Assembly: GCA_036379875.1 (NCBI GenBank)
Contig: DASVFV010000116.1
Span: forward strand, 9,933 to 73,932
Length of the DNA: 64,000 bases
DNA from: Burkholderiales bacterium
GTDB taxonomy: Bacteria > Pseudomonadota > Gammaproteobacteria > Burkholderiales > SG8-39
Reading direction: 5' to 3'
Of this stretch, positions 10,390 through 19,128 are shown one piece after another. The first letter of the stretch is position 1, and each line of letters begins with the position of its first letter. Under the pieces are notes generated by a model. That model did not search any database. It saw nothing but the letters and a program-made list of their open reading frames with translations, and had not been told where the DNA came from. The position numbers and the translations under genes are program-made.

Positions 10390-10797
10390 TTATGTGCCGC
10401 GCGCCGCCCCGGCTTGACCTGCATCAACCTCGTGCGTGTCGAACACCCCGGGCGAGACGATTTCCAGTACCTCGAAGTCGGCCGAGAACCCGCGCACGTC
10501 GTGCCGGATCGCGGGCGGCTGGATCCAGGTGTCGCCCGCGCGGAAAGTGAATTCGCCCTCGCCGTCGATCCAGACGCGGATCCAGCCTCTCAGGACGTAG
10601 TTGAACTGGAAGTCCACCGAGTGCCAGTGCACCCCGGAGCCTTCCTTCGGGCACGGCGCGCAGGCGCGATGCACTTCCGCGGTGAAGCGGCCGCCGGTCG
10701 CCTGCTTCACGCCGAGATCGCGGTCCTGGAAGTAGCTGCGGAAGCCCGGCTTGAAGGCCGCCTCGGCGCCGCGGGTGAAAGCGAATTTCTGTTTCAT
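10390..10797 (-). CDS. cupin domain protein
   Basis: MKQKFAFTRG... has cupin motifs GVHWHSVDFQFNYVLRGW and FRAGDTWIQPPAIRH. The ATG overlaps the upstream stop (ATGA). A paralogue lies at 45702-46136. Confidence 0.8.
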   Translation of the reverse strand: MKQKFAFTRGAEAAFKPGFRSYFQDRDLGVKQATGGRFTAEVHRACAPCPKEGSGVHWHSVDFQFNYVLRGWIRVWIDGEGEFTFRAGDTWIQPPAIRHDVRGFSADFEVLEIVSPGVFDTHEVDAGQAGAARGT

Positions 10798-11384
10798 GTC
10801 GTCCTCAGGTAGCCGGCTACGCGCGCGTCGGCGGTGAGCGCATCCCAGCCCGGATGCAGCGAGATGCGCCCGCGCTCGACGAAAATGAACCTTTCGCACA
10901 CCTCGCGCAGGATGTCGAGATGGTAGCTCTCGGTCGGGTGCAGGCACACGAACACCACGCGGCCCTCGCCGCGCAGGCGGCGGAAGAAGTCGAGCATGAA
11001 GCCGATGTAGCCGTCCTGGGCGTTGAACTGCGGCTCGTCGAAGAGGTGCACCATCGGATAGGCGCTGTTCGGCTTTTCCAGAAAAATATCCGGCATCACG
11101 TTGCGGAAATGCCGCACCTGGTAGGACTGGTGATAGTGGATCGCCAGGCGGTCGCGCTCGCGCGTCTTCACGCGGTGGATGTCCTGTCCCGCGCACACCA
11201 CGCGCCCGGCGCTCGGCGTATTCGAGCCGGTGATGAGCTCGAAGAGCGTGGTCTTGCCCGAGCCGTTCGGGCCCATCACGCCGATGATCTCGGGCCTCTC
11301 GACGCTGAAGTTCGCCTCGAGCCGGAAGGTGGTGCGCCAGTTTCGCCTGTACTCCTTCACCAGGTTCTCGACCGCGAGCAGCAT
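10794..11384 (-). CDS. atypical ABC-type ATPase lacking helical subdomain and LSGGQ signature
   Basis: 196 aa starting at MLLAVENLVKEY. Walker A GPNGSGKTT, a Q-loop-like HYHQSYQ, Walker B MVHLFDEP and H-loop VCLHPTE are present. Only ~21 aa separate the Q-loop from Walker B. Both the start and the stop overlap the neighbouring genes. Confidence 0.7.
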   Translation of the reverse strand: MLLAVENLVKEYRRNWRTTFRLEANFSVERPEIIGVMGPNGSGKTTLFELITGSNTPSAGRVVCAGQDIHRVKTRERDRLAIHYHQSYQVRHFRNVMPDIFLEKPNSAYPMVHLFDEPQFNAQDGYIGFMLDFFRRLRGEGRVVFVCLHPTESYHLDILREVCERFIFVERGRISLHPGWDALTADARVAGYLRTT

Positions 11385-12079
11385 CAGACGCCGAGCAGCT
11401 TCTGCCGCAGCGCGCCGTCGCGCAGCAGCGCCGCCGCTTCGCCCTGGTGCACGATGCGGCCCTTGTCCATCACGTAGACGCGGTCCGAGACGCCGAGCGC
11501 GGCGAGCGGGTTCTGCTCCACCAGCAGCACGGCGACGCGCTCGTCCTTCAGGCGGCGGATCACGCGCAGCACGTCGTGCACTACTTTCGGCGCGAGACCC
11601 TGGCTCGGCTCGTCGAACAGCACCAGCCCCGGCGAGCCGACCAGCGCGCGCGAGATCGCGACCATCTGCATTTCGCCGCCCGACAGGTTCTCGCATTCGC
11701 GCCAGCGCAGGTACTCGAGCGCGGTGAAGATTTCGAAGCACTCGCGCTCGCTCCAGGCGCGAAAGCGCGTGCGCTTCTTCGCGATCGCCAGGTTGCGATC
11801 CACCGTGAGCGTGGGAAAGACGCGCCGGTCGTCGGGCACCCAGCCGATCCCGGCGCGCGCGATCTCGTGGGTGGGCTGCTGCGTAATGCTCCTTCCATCG
11901 AAGGCTATCCGCCCGGAGCGGACTGAAGACAGGTTCAAGATCGAGCGCAAGGTCGTGGTTTTGCCGGCCCCGTTCGGACCGAGCAGCGCCACCACCTCCC
12001 CCTCGCCCACGTCGAGCGAGACGCCGAAGAGGACCTGCGTCTCGCCGTAGAACGTGTGGATGTCGCTAATGGACAGCAT
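11384..12079 (-). CDS. branched-chain-amino-acid-type ABC transporter ATP-binding protein (LivF-like)
   Basis: 231 aa with GPNGAGKTT, LSGGEMQM and VLFDEPSQGLAP motifs. The architecture is the LivF family. Confidence 0.9.
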   Translation of the reverse strand: MLSISDIHTFYGETQVLFGVSLDVGEGEVVALLGPNGAGKTTTLRSILNLSSVRSGRIAFDGRSITQQPTHEIARAGIGWVPDDRRVFPTLTVDRNLAIAKKRTRFRAWSERECFEIFTALEYLRWRECENLSGGEMQMVAISRALVGSPGLVLFDEPSQGLAPKVVHDVLRVIRRLKDERVAVLLVEQNPLAALGVSDRVYVMDKGRIVHQGEAAALLRDGALRQKLLGV

Positions 12080-12785
12080 GGCCGAGGTTGGAGCGCTGCA
12101 CCCAGGGATTGGCGCGCAGCTCCGCGGGGCTGCCCTGCGCGATGACCTGGCCCCAGTGCATGACGTAGATATGGTCGGCGAGCCCGAACAGGAACTTCAT
12201 GTCGTGCTCGATGAGCACGATGGTGATCGAGCGCTTGAGCTCGGCGATCAGGCGCGCGACGCGCGCCGTCGCCTCGGTGCCGAGGCCCGCGGTCGGCTCG
12301 TCGAGGAACAGGAGGCGCGGCCGCGCGGCGAGCGCCACGCCGATCTCGAGCGCGCGCCGGTCGCCGTAGGACAGGTCCCTGGCGCGCACATGCTCCTTGC
12401 CGGCCAGGCCGACCCTGTGCAGGACGTCGGTGGTGCCGGCAAAGCGGCCCCAAACGCTGAACCCGCGCGCGCGGATCTCCGGCGTGGCGATGAGCACGTT
12501 ATCGAGCGCGCTGTAGTCGTCGAACAGGTTCATGACCTGGAACGAGCGCGCGATGCCGAGGCGCGCGATCGCGCGCGGCGGCAGCCCGGTGATGTCGCGC
12601 CCGTCGAAGATCACGCGGCCGCGGTCGGGACGGTAGCGGCCGGTGAGGAGGTTGAAGCAGGTGGTCTTGCCGGCGCCGTTCGGTCCCATGATGCCGGACA
12701 GCTTCCCGGCCTCGAACCCCATGTTCACGTCCTCGAGCACCACGTGGCGCCCGAAGCGCTTATGCAGGTGCGTGGCTTCGAACAT
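12066..12785 (-). CDS. branched-chain-amino-acid-type ABC transporter ATP-binding protein (LivG-like)
   Basis: 239 aa with GPNGAGKTT, LSYGDRRALEIGVAL and LLFLDEPTAGL motifs. Confidence 0.9.
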   Translation of the reverse strand: MFEATHLHKRFGRHVVLEDVNMGFEAGKLSGIMGPNGAGKTTCFNLLTGRYRPDRGRVIFDGRDITGLPPRAIARLGIARSFQVMNLFDDYSALDNVLIATPEIRARGFSVWGRFAGTTDVLHRVGLAGKEHVRARDLSYGDRRALEIGVALAARPRLLFLDEPTAGLGTEATARVARLIAELKRSITIVLIEHDMKFLFGLADHIYVMHWGQVIAQGSPAELRANPWVQRSNLGHAVH

Positions 12786-13707
12786 TCTTCCTCAGCATTC
12801 CCGCCAGCCCTTCCGGCTTGAACAGCACGACCAGCATGAAGAGCAGCCCGTACCAGAGGAGCCAGGCCTCGGTGTAGGCGCCGAGCAGGTCGCGCGCGAC
12901 GAAGAACAGCACCGCGCCGAGCACCGGTCCCCAGAACGACACCATCCCGCCGCCCACCAGCGTCATCATCACCACGAAGCCCGACTGCTGCAGGCTCATC
13001 ACGTTCGGGTAGGCCGACTGCTGCGCGAGCGCGAACAGGCCGCCGGCGAGCCCGGCCACCAGCGCCGAGATGGTGAACGCGAGCCACTTGTAGAGCCACA
13101 CGTTGTAGCCGACGAAGCGCGCGCGCGTCTCGTTCTGCTTGATCGCGCTCAGCACGCGGCCGAACGGCGAATGCACCAGGCGCCAGAGCAGCACTACGGC
13201 GAGGGCGAACACCGCGAAGCAGAACACGTACAGCGAGCTCAGGTCGTCCAGCCACGGCGGGCGCCGGATGTTGAGCAGCCCGTCCTCGCCGCGCGTCACG
13301 CTGTGCCATTTCACCGCCACGAACCAGAAGATCTGGCCGAAGGCGATGGTGAGGAGCGCGTAGTAGATGCCGCGCCGGTGCGAGATGAAGAGCGCCACCA
13401 GCGCGCCCGCCAGGCCGCCGGCGAGCGTGGCCGCGCCGAGGCAGAGCCACAGGCTGGGATGGACGTGGAACTGCGCGAGGCCGAACGCGTAAGCGCCCAC
13501 GCCGAAAAACGCGCCGTGGCCGAAGGACGGCAGCCCGCCGTAGCCGAGCAGCAGGTTGAAGCCCAGGCCGAAGATGATCCAGACCATGACCTCGACCCCG
13601 AGGTAGGGGTAAAGGCCGATCGCGCCGATCCACGCCGGCAGCGTGCCGAACACGGCGAACAGCCCGAGCATGGGCCATGGAAGCCTTGCAATGGCTGTTC
13701 TCATCAT
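12760..13707 (-). CDS. branched-chain-amino-acid-type ABC transporter permease (LivM-like)
   Basis: ORF track 12760..13734 has a TTG start. The ATG-ATG at 13707 is taken as the start, with low certainty. The protein is multi-TM with the LLGYGGLPSFGHGAFFGVGAY motif. Confidence 0.8.
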   Translation of the reverse strand: MMRTAIARLPWPMLGLFAVFGTLPAWIGAIGLYPYLGVEVMVWIIFGLGFNLLLGYGGLPSFGHGAFFGVGAYAFGLAQFHVHPSLWLCLGAATLAGGLAGALVALFISHRRGIYYALLTIAFGQIFWFVAVKWHSVTRGEDGLLNIRRPPWLDDLSSLYVFCFAVFALAVVLLWRLVHSPFGRVLSAIKQNETRARFVGYNVWLYKWLAFTISALVAGLAGGLFALAQQSAYPNVMSLQQSGFVVMMTLVGGGMVSFWGPVLGAVLFFVARDLLGAYTEAWLLWYGLLFMLVVLFKPEGLAGMLRKNVRSHAPA

Positions 13708-13748
13708 GTAGCTTTTCAAGAATAAATGTTCCAAGGGCGGCTGTCTAG

Positions 13749-14579
13749 GTGAGCGCGAAGAGCTTCGAGCAGCTGAAGGGCGAGCTGTCGCGCAGCTACC
13801 CGGCGCTTTCGCCGCAGCTGCAGCGCATCGCGAGCTACGCGCTCGAGCACCCGCAGGACATGGCGCTCGACACCGTCGCGACGCTGGCGCGCGACGCCGG
13901 CGTGCAGCCCTCCGCGCTGGTGCGCTTCGCGCAGGCGCTCGGCTACGAGGGATTCTCCGACCTGCAGCGCGTGTTCCGCGGCCGGCTGGTCGAGCGCTCG
14001 AACCACGCGCCCGGCCTGCACAACTACCGCGAGCGCGTCGCCGCCTTCCGCGCCGACCAGGCGCGCTCCGGACCGCAGGGCGTGCTCGCGCAGTTCGTCG
14101 CCGACGGCATCGCCGCCCTGGAGCGGCTGCCCGGGCAGGTGCCCGTCGCCGACCTCGCCGCCGCGGTGCGCATCCTGGCGGGTGCCCGGACCATCTACAC
14201 GCTGGGCCACCGGCGCTCGTTCACGGTGGCCTACTACCTCGCCTACGCACTGACGCAGCTCGACCTGAACGCCCAGCTCCTCGACTCGATGGCCGGCATG
14301 CTGCGCGACAAGGCCGAGCTGATCGGCCCGAAGGACGCGCTCGTCGTGATGTCCTTCAAGCACTACACGCAGGAAGTGGTCGAGGTCGCGCATGCCTGCC
14401 ACGCGCGCAAGGTGCCGGTGATCGCGATCACCGACAACGCCATCTCGCCGCTCGCGCGGCACGCGCGCGTGTGCTTCCAGATCGAGGAAAAGCCGTCCAA
14501 GTTCTTCGGCCAGCTCGCCGCGCCGGTGTGCTTCGCGCAGGCGCTGGTGGTCGCCGTCGGGGAGCAGATAGAAAAATGA
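13749..14579 (+). CDS. RpiR/MurR family transcriptional regulator (HTH + SIS domain)
   Basis: 276 aa with a GTG start. The N-terminal HTH is LSPQLQRIASYALEHPQDMALDTVATLARDAGVQPSALVRFAQALGYEGFSDLQ, followed by a C-terminal SIS-like domain. Confidence 0.85.
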   Translation: MSAKSFEQLKGELSRSYPALSPQLQRIASYALEHPQDMALDTVATLARDAGVQPSALVRFAQALGYEGFSDLQRVFRGRLVERSNHAPGLHNYRERVAAFRADQARSGPQGVLAQFVADGIAALERLPGQVPVADLAAAVRILAGARTIYTLGHRRSFTVAYYLAYALTQLDLNAQLLDSMAGMLRDKAELIGPKDALVVMSFKHYTQEVVEVAHACHARKVPVIAITDNAISPLARHARVCFQIEEKPSKFFGQLAAPVCFAQALVVAVGEQIEK

Positions 14580-14586
14580 GCGACAA

Positions 14587-15462
14587 ATGAAAAGAATCGG
14601 TTTCATCGGCCTGGGTCTGATGGGCCACGGCATGGCGAAGAACCTGCTCAAGAAAGGTCACGCGCTCTCGTTTTTCGCGCACCGCAACCGCTCGAACCTG
14701 GCCGACCTGCTCGACCTGGGCGGCAAAGAAGTTTCCTCTGCCAAGGCGCTCATCGAGCAATCGGAGGTGGTCATCCTGTGCGTGACCGGGACACCGCAGG
14801 TCGAGGCGAACGTCTACGGCGGCCTGCTCGAAGGCGCGCGCCAGGGACAGATCGTGGTCGACTGCTCGACCGCGATGCCGGAATCGACCGACCGCATCCG
14901 CGCCGACTTCGAGAAGAAAGGCGTGCGCTTCGTCGACGCGCCGCTCGCGCGCACGCCGCAGCACGCCGAGGACGGCAAGCTCAACTGCATGGTCGGCGCC
15001 GACGACGGGACCTTCGCCGAGCTGAAGCCGGTGCTCGAGAAGTTCTGCGAGAACATCTTCCACGTCGGCGGCCCGGGCAGCGGGCACAAGATCAAGCTGG
15101 TCTACAACTTCGTCGCGATGGCGCACGCCGCGATCGTCTGCGAGTCGCTCGCGGCCTGCGCAAAGGTCGGTCTTTCGCTGGAGAACTTCTTCCGGCTGGT
15201 GTCGGCGGGCGGCGCGAACTCGAACATGTTCCAGATGCTGGTGCCGAAGGCCCTGAAGGGCGAGCTGGACGGCCTCATGTTCACGCTCGGCAATGCCAAG
15301 AAAGACATCGATTACTACCAGCACATGGTGAGCGGCCCCATGGGGGCGGCGCTGCACCAGGTGCTGGTGCAGGCGAACGCGCTCGGCCTCGGCGAGAAGT
15401 TCGTCCCGTCTCTCATCGAGGCCTACGAGAGGGTCAACGCACTACAGATCGTCAAACGCTGA
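14587..15462 (+). CDS. NAD(P)-dependent oxidoreductase, 3-hydroxyisobutyrate/tartronate-semialdehyde reductase family
   Basis: A Rossmann motif sits at the N-terminus (MKRIGFIGLGLMGHGMAKNL). The DAPLARTP motif and GSGHKIKLVYN are typical of the HIBADH family. Confidence 0.85.
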   Translation: MKRIGFIGLGLMGHGMAKNLLKKGHALSFFAHRNRSNLADLLDLGGKEVSSAKALIEQSEVVILCVTGTPQVEANVYGGLLEGARQGQIVVDCSTAMPESTDRIRADFEKKGVRFVDAPLARTPQHAEDGKLNCMVGADDGTFAELKPVLEKFCENIFHVGGPGSGHKIKLVYNFVAMAHAAIVCESLAACAKVGLSLENFFRLVSAGGANSNMFQMLVPKALKGELDGLMFTLGNAKKDIDYYQHMVSGPMGAALHQVLVQANALGLGEKFVPSLIEAYERVNALQIVKR

Positions 15463-15473
15463 AGGAGGAGGTC

Positions 15474-16742
15474 ATGAAGAGAAGGAAGCTGTTGCAGATG
15501 CTGGCCGCGGGCAGCGCGTTCTACGGCCCGTGGAAGGTGCACCACGCGTGGGCGCAGGCCGGCCAGAAGAAGCCGCTCGTCATCGGCCTCACCATGGACG
15601 CAAGCGGACAGTTCGGCGCGAGCGGGACTTCGGAGCGCATGGGCGCGCTGCAGGCGATCCGGGAGTTCAACGAGAAGGGCGGCGTGCTCGGGCGCCCGAT
15701 CGAGGCGCTGCACATCGACACCGAGACCACGCCGGCCACCGGCTCGCGCGTCGCCGAGCGCATGGTCACGCGCAACGAGGTGGCGTTCCTGATCGGCGGC
15801 CTGAACTCGGGCGTGGCGAACGCGATCGGCCAGGTCGCGCAGAAGTACGGCATCGTGTATTTCAACTCGAACTCGTCGAGCCCCACCGAGTCGGGCCGCG
15901 ATTGCAAGCGCGTCAAGTTCGTGTGGGACGGCAACGGCACCAATTTCGCGCAGGCGATCGTCAAGAACGCGATCAAGGTGAACGGCGGCAACTGGGCGTT
16001 GCTCACCAACGACTACATCTGGGGCCACAACACCTCGAAGGCCACGCGCGAGCTGGTGGTGAAGAACGGCGGGCGAGTCGTCGACGAGCTGATGGTGCCG
16101 CAGGGCACGCGCGACTTCTCGACCTTCCTGCTCAAGCTGCAGCAGATGAAGCCGCAGGTGGTGGCGGCGGCGGTGGGGGGCGACGATTTCCGCGCGATGC
16201 GCCAGCAGGTGCTGCAGACCAAGCTCGACCGCCAGTTCGCCTGGGTGAACAACCAGCAGGACTGGGAAGACGTCTACGGCCTGGGAGCGGAAGCCGCGTT
16301 CGGCGTGTTCGGCACCACCTGGTACTACCGCTTCGACCTGCCGGGCGTGAAGGAATTCGTCGAGAAGTACAAGAAGACCTATCCCGGCATGCAGGTGAAG
16401 AACCCGGGCAACACCTACTACAACGGCTACATGGCGACGCGAGAGCTGCTGCGCTGCGTGGAGGAGGCCGGCAGCACCAACAACATCGCGATCATCAAGA
16501 AGCTGGAAGGCCGCAAGATGAGCGCGCGCGACCGCATGCAGCACCACGACGCGTGGATCGACCCGGCGACGCACCAGGTCCAGCAGACCATCTACATGGC
16601 GACCTACAACGACAAGCCGGCCGAGCCCGACGACATCTTCAAGATCCTGTCACAGGTCCCGCCCGCCGAGATCGTCGACCCGGACGCGCCCAAGGCCTGC
16701 AAGATGGCGAGCTACCAGGAGACGCCCAGCTACGAGCAATAG
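15474..16742 (+). CDS. ABC transporter substrate-binding protein (LivK/amide-urea type)
   Basis: The ATG at 15474 follows GAAGGAGGAG. The signal sequence is MKRRKLLQMLAAGSAFYG. This is the in-frame tail of ORF 14778..16742. The protein has a type-I periplasmic binding fold. Confidence 0.85.
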   Translation: MKRRKLLQMLAAGSAFYGPWKVHHAWAQAGQKKPLVIGLTMDASGQFGASGTSERMGALQAIREFNEKGGVLGRPIEALHIDTETTPATGSRVAERMVTRNEVAFLIGGLNSGVANAIGQVAQKYGIVYFNSNSSSPTESGRDCKRVKFVWDGNGTNFAQAIVKNAIKVNGGNWALLTNDYIWGHNTSKATRELVVKNGGRVVDELMVPQGTRDFSTFLLKLQQMKPQVVAAAVGGDDFRAMRQQVLQTKLDRQFAWVNNQQDWEDVYGLGAEAAFGVFGTTWYYRFDLPGVKEFVEKYKKTYPGMQVKNPGNTYYNGYMATRELLRCVEEAGSTNNIAIIKKLEGRKMSARDRMQHHDAWIDPATHQVQQTIYMATYNDKPAEPDDIFKILSQVPPAEIVDPDAPKACKMASYQETPSYEQ

Positions 16743-17642
16743 ATGACCGAGCTCGCCGCCAACCTCACGCCGCACCTCCTGAACGGCGTGAGCCTCGGCC
16801 TGATGTTCGCGCTGATCGCGCTCGGCTTCATGCTGATCGTCGGCGTGATGGAAGTGATCAACCTCGCCCACGGGTCGCTGTTCGCCCTGGGCGCCTATTT
16901 CGCGGTCTTCATCATGGGGCTCAACCTCGGGGTGGGGATCGAGGCGCGCTACGCGCTCGCCTTCGTGCTCGCGCCGCTCGGCGTGGCGCTGGTCGGCATG
17001 CTGCTCGAAGTCACGATGCGCCGTACCTATGGCAAGGACCCGCTCTACGGCCTGCTCCTCACCTTCGGCGCGGCGCTCGTGCTCGAGGAAATGATCCGCC
17101 TGGCGTGGGGCTCCGGGGAGAAGCAGCTCGCCGTGCCGCCTGAGCTTTCCGGCGCGATGCTGCTCGGCGGCTTCATCTACTCGAAGTACCGGCTCTATGC
17201 GAGCGGCGCAGCGGTTTCTCTCATCCTTCTTCTCTGGCTGTTCCTGGAAAAAACCCCCTACGGGGCGATGATCAAGGCCGGCGCGCACGACTCGGAGATG
17301 GTGCGCGCGCTCGGCATCAACCTCACGCGGCTGCGCCTGTTCGTCTTCGCGCTCGGCGCCGCGCTCGCCGCGCTCGCCGGTATCGTGCTCGCGCCGATCT
17401 GGGGCGTGCGCCCGCACGTCGGCGTGGACGCGGTGGTGCCGGCGTTCCTGATCATCGTGCTCGGCGGGATCGGCAGTTTCTGGGGCGCCGTGCTGGCCGG
17501 CATCCTGGTCGGCATCGTGGTCGCGGTAACCGGGGCCTACGCGTCGGAATGGTCGCTCCTTTCCATGTACCTCCTGCTCATCGCGCTCGTCACCTGGCGC
17601 GCGCGCGGCCTGTTCGGCAAGAAGACCGTGCTTGAAAACTGA
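16743..17642 (+). CDS. branched-chain-amino-acid-type ABC transporter permease (LivH-like)
   Basis: 299 aa, multi-TM, with LNGVSLGLMFALIALGFMLIVGVMEVINLAHGS, typical of the LivH family. Confidence 0.85.
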   Translation: MTELAANLTPHLLNGVSLGLMFALIALGFMLIVGVMEVINLAHGSLFALGAYFAVFIMGLNLGVGIEARYALAFVLAPLGVALVGMLLEVTMRRTYGKDPLYGLLLTFGAALVLEEMIRLAWGSGEKQLAVPPELSGAMLLGGFIYSKYRLYASGAAVSLILLLWLFLEKTPYGAMIKAGAHDSEMVRALGINLTRLRLFVFALGAALAALAGIVLAPIWGVRPHVGVDAVVPAFLIIVLGGIGSFWGAVLAGILVGIVVAVTGAYASEWSLLSMYLLLIALVTWRARGLFGKKTVLEN

Positions 17643-18324
17643 GCTGCGCGGCAAGACCGCCGTGGTCACGGGCGCGGCCGGCGCGATGGGACGCGCGGTG
17701 GTCGCCTTCCTCCAGGAAGACGGCCTGAACGTGGTCGGCCTCGACATCCGGGGCGACTGCCTGCATTGCGACGTGCGCGATCCGCGCGCGGTCCATGCGG
17801 CCCTGGAGAAGATCGGGCCGGTCGACGTGCTGGTCAACAACGCGGGCATTCTTTCGAACCGCAAGGCGCAGGCCACCACGCCCGACGAATGGCACGACGT
17901 GCTCGCGAGCAACGTCGACTCGGCGTTCTATTTTTCGCAAGAGGTCATGCCGGGCATGAAAGCGCGCCGGTGGGGCCGCATCGTGAACACCTGCTCGCTC
18001 GCGGCGAAGACCGGCGGCCTGAGCGCCGGCACCGCGTACGCGGCTTCCAAGGGCGCGCTCACCTCCCTCACCTTCTCGCTCGCGCGCGAGCTGGCGCCGT
18101 TCGGTGTTACCGTGAACGGCATCTCGCCCGCCTACGTGAACACGCCCATGGTCACCGAGCAGCTCACCGAGGCGCAGCGCCGCGAGCTGATCGCCCAGAT
18201 CCCGGTCGGCCGCTTCTGCGAGCCGGAGGAGTTCGCGCACGTGGTGCGCTTCCTGGTCTCGCCGCTCGCCGGCTTCATCACCGGCGAGATCGTGGACCTG
18301 AACGGCGGCCTGGTGATGGATTGA
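17632..18324 (+). CDS. SDR family oxidoreductase (FabG-like)
   Basis: TTG start. Motifs present are TGAAGAMG, NNAG and YAASK. Confidence 0.8.
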   Translation: MKTELRGKTAVVTGAAGAMGRAVVAFLQEDGLNVVGLDIRGDCLHCDVRDPRAVHAALEKIGPVDVLVNNAGILSNRKAQATTPDEWHDVLASNVDSAFYFSQEVMPGMKARRWGRIVNTCSLAAKTGGLSAGTAYAASKGALTSLTFSLARELAPFGVTVNGISPAYVNTPMVTEQLTEAQRRELIAQIPVGRFCEPEEFAHVVRFLVSPLAGFITGEIVDLNGGLVMD

Positions 18325-19049
18325 AGACGCTGCGCAACCAGATCGCTTTCGTCCCGGGCGGCTACGGCGGCATCGGCGAAGCGGTGTGCAGCGCGCTCGC
18401 CAAAGCCGGCGCCAAGGTGATCGTCGCGGGTCGCGATCTCAAGAAGGCCAGTTCCCTGGCCCGCAAAATCGGCGGCAAGCCCCTGCAACTCGACGTGCGC
18501 GACACGCCGTCGATCGACACAGCGCTCAGGCCCTTCCCGCGCATCGATCTGTTCGTCAACTGCGCCGGCGTGAGCCGCGAAGAAGCGCTCGACAAAGTCA
18601 CCGAAGAAGCATGGGACGAGGTGCTCGGCACCAACCTGAAGGCAGCGATGTTCCTCGCGCAGGCGGTGGCGCGGCGGCAGAAGCGCGGCGGCAAGCAGGT
18701 GCACCTGCTTTCGGTGCGCGCGCAGCTCGGCCTGCGCGGGCGCGGCTATTCCACGTACTGCACGTCCAAAGGCGGGCTCGTCATGCTGGTGCGCCAGCAC
18801 GCCGCGGAGCTCGGCCCGCGGGGCATCTGCGTGAACGGCGTGGCGCCGACGGTGGTGCGCACCGAGATGGGCGCGCACTGGCTGAAGAACCCGAAGACGC
18901 GCGCGTGGCTGAAGCAACGGATTCCGCTCGGCCGTGTTGCCGAGCCTGGCGAAGTGGCGCAGGCGGTGCTCTTCTTCTGCTCGCCCGCCTCCGATTACAT
19001 CACGGGCCAGATCCTGTACGTCGACGGGGGGATTACCGCCTCACAGTAA
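18321..19049 (+). CDS. SDR family oxidoreductase
   Basis: A TTG at 18321 lies in the frame of ORF 17766..19049 (LKTLRNQIAFVPGGYGGIGEAV...). The catalytic region is YCTSK. The start overlaps the upstream stop. Confidence 0.75.
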   Translation: MKTLRNQIAFVPGGYGGIGEAVCSALAKAGAKVIVAGRDLKKASSLARKIGGKPLQLDVRDTPSIDTALRPFPRIDLFVNCAGVSREEALDKVTEEAWDEVLGTNLKAAMFLAQAVARRQKRGGKQVHLLSVRAQLGLRGRGYSTYCTSKGGLVMLVRQHAAELGPRGICVNGVAPTVVRTEMGAHWLKNPKTRAWLKQRIPLGRVAEPGEVAQAVLFFCSPASDYITGQILYVDGGITASQ

Positions 19050-19128
19050 ATAAATGGGGACAGACCCCATTTTTCGCGTCTGCACTGCCTTCTCAAATGA
19101 GAAAAATGGGGTCTGTCCCCATTTATTT
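19048..19128. repeat. 81-bp perfect-arm palindrome (family B), probable bidirectional terminator
   Basis: AAATAAATGGGGACAGACCCCATTTTTC (19048-19075) and its exact reverse complement (19101-19128) flank a 25-bp spacer. Each arm contains its own hairpin (AAATGGGG-ACAGA-CCCCATTT). The TAA stops of both convergent genes lie inside the arms. Confidence 0.8.

Noticed and set aside
10200-10427. Short overlapping ORFs around the DUF6455-like gene (10040-10354, 10200-10427, 10223-10417).
   Set aside because: Their composition is Arg/Ala-rich and they lack RBSs. The frame 10087-10380 has the only recognisable Cys motif.
19048-19128. The AT-rich palindrome as a tRNA or small RNA gene.
   Set aside because: A cloverleaf cannot be drawn, and no anticodon arm or T-loop consensus is present. 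The perfect two-arm symmetry between convergent stop codons fits a terminator or REP-like element better.
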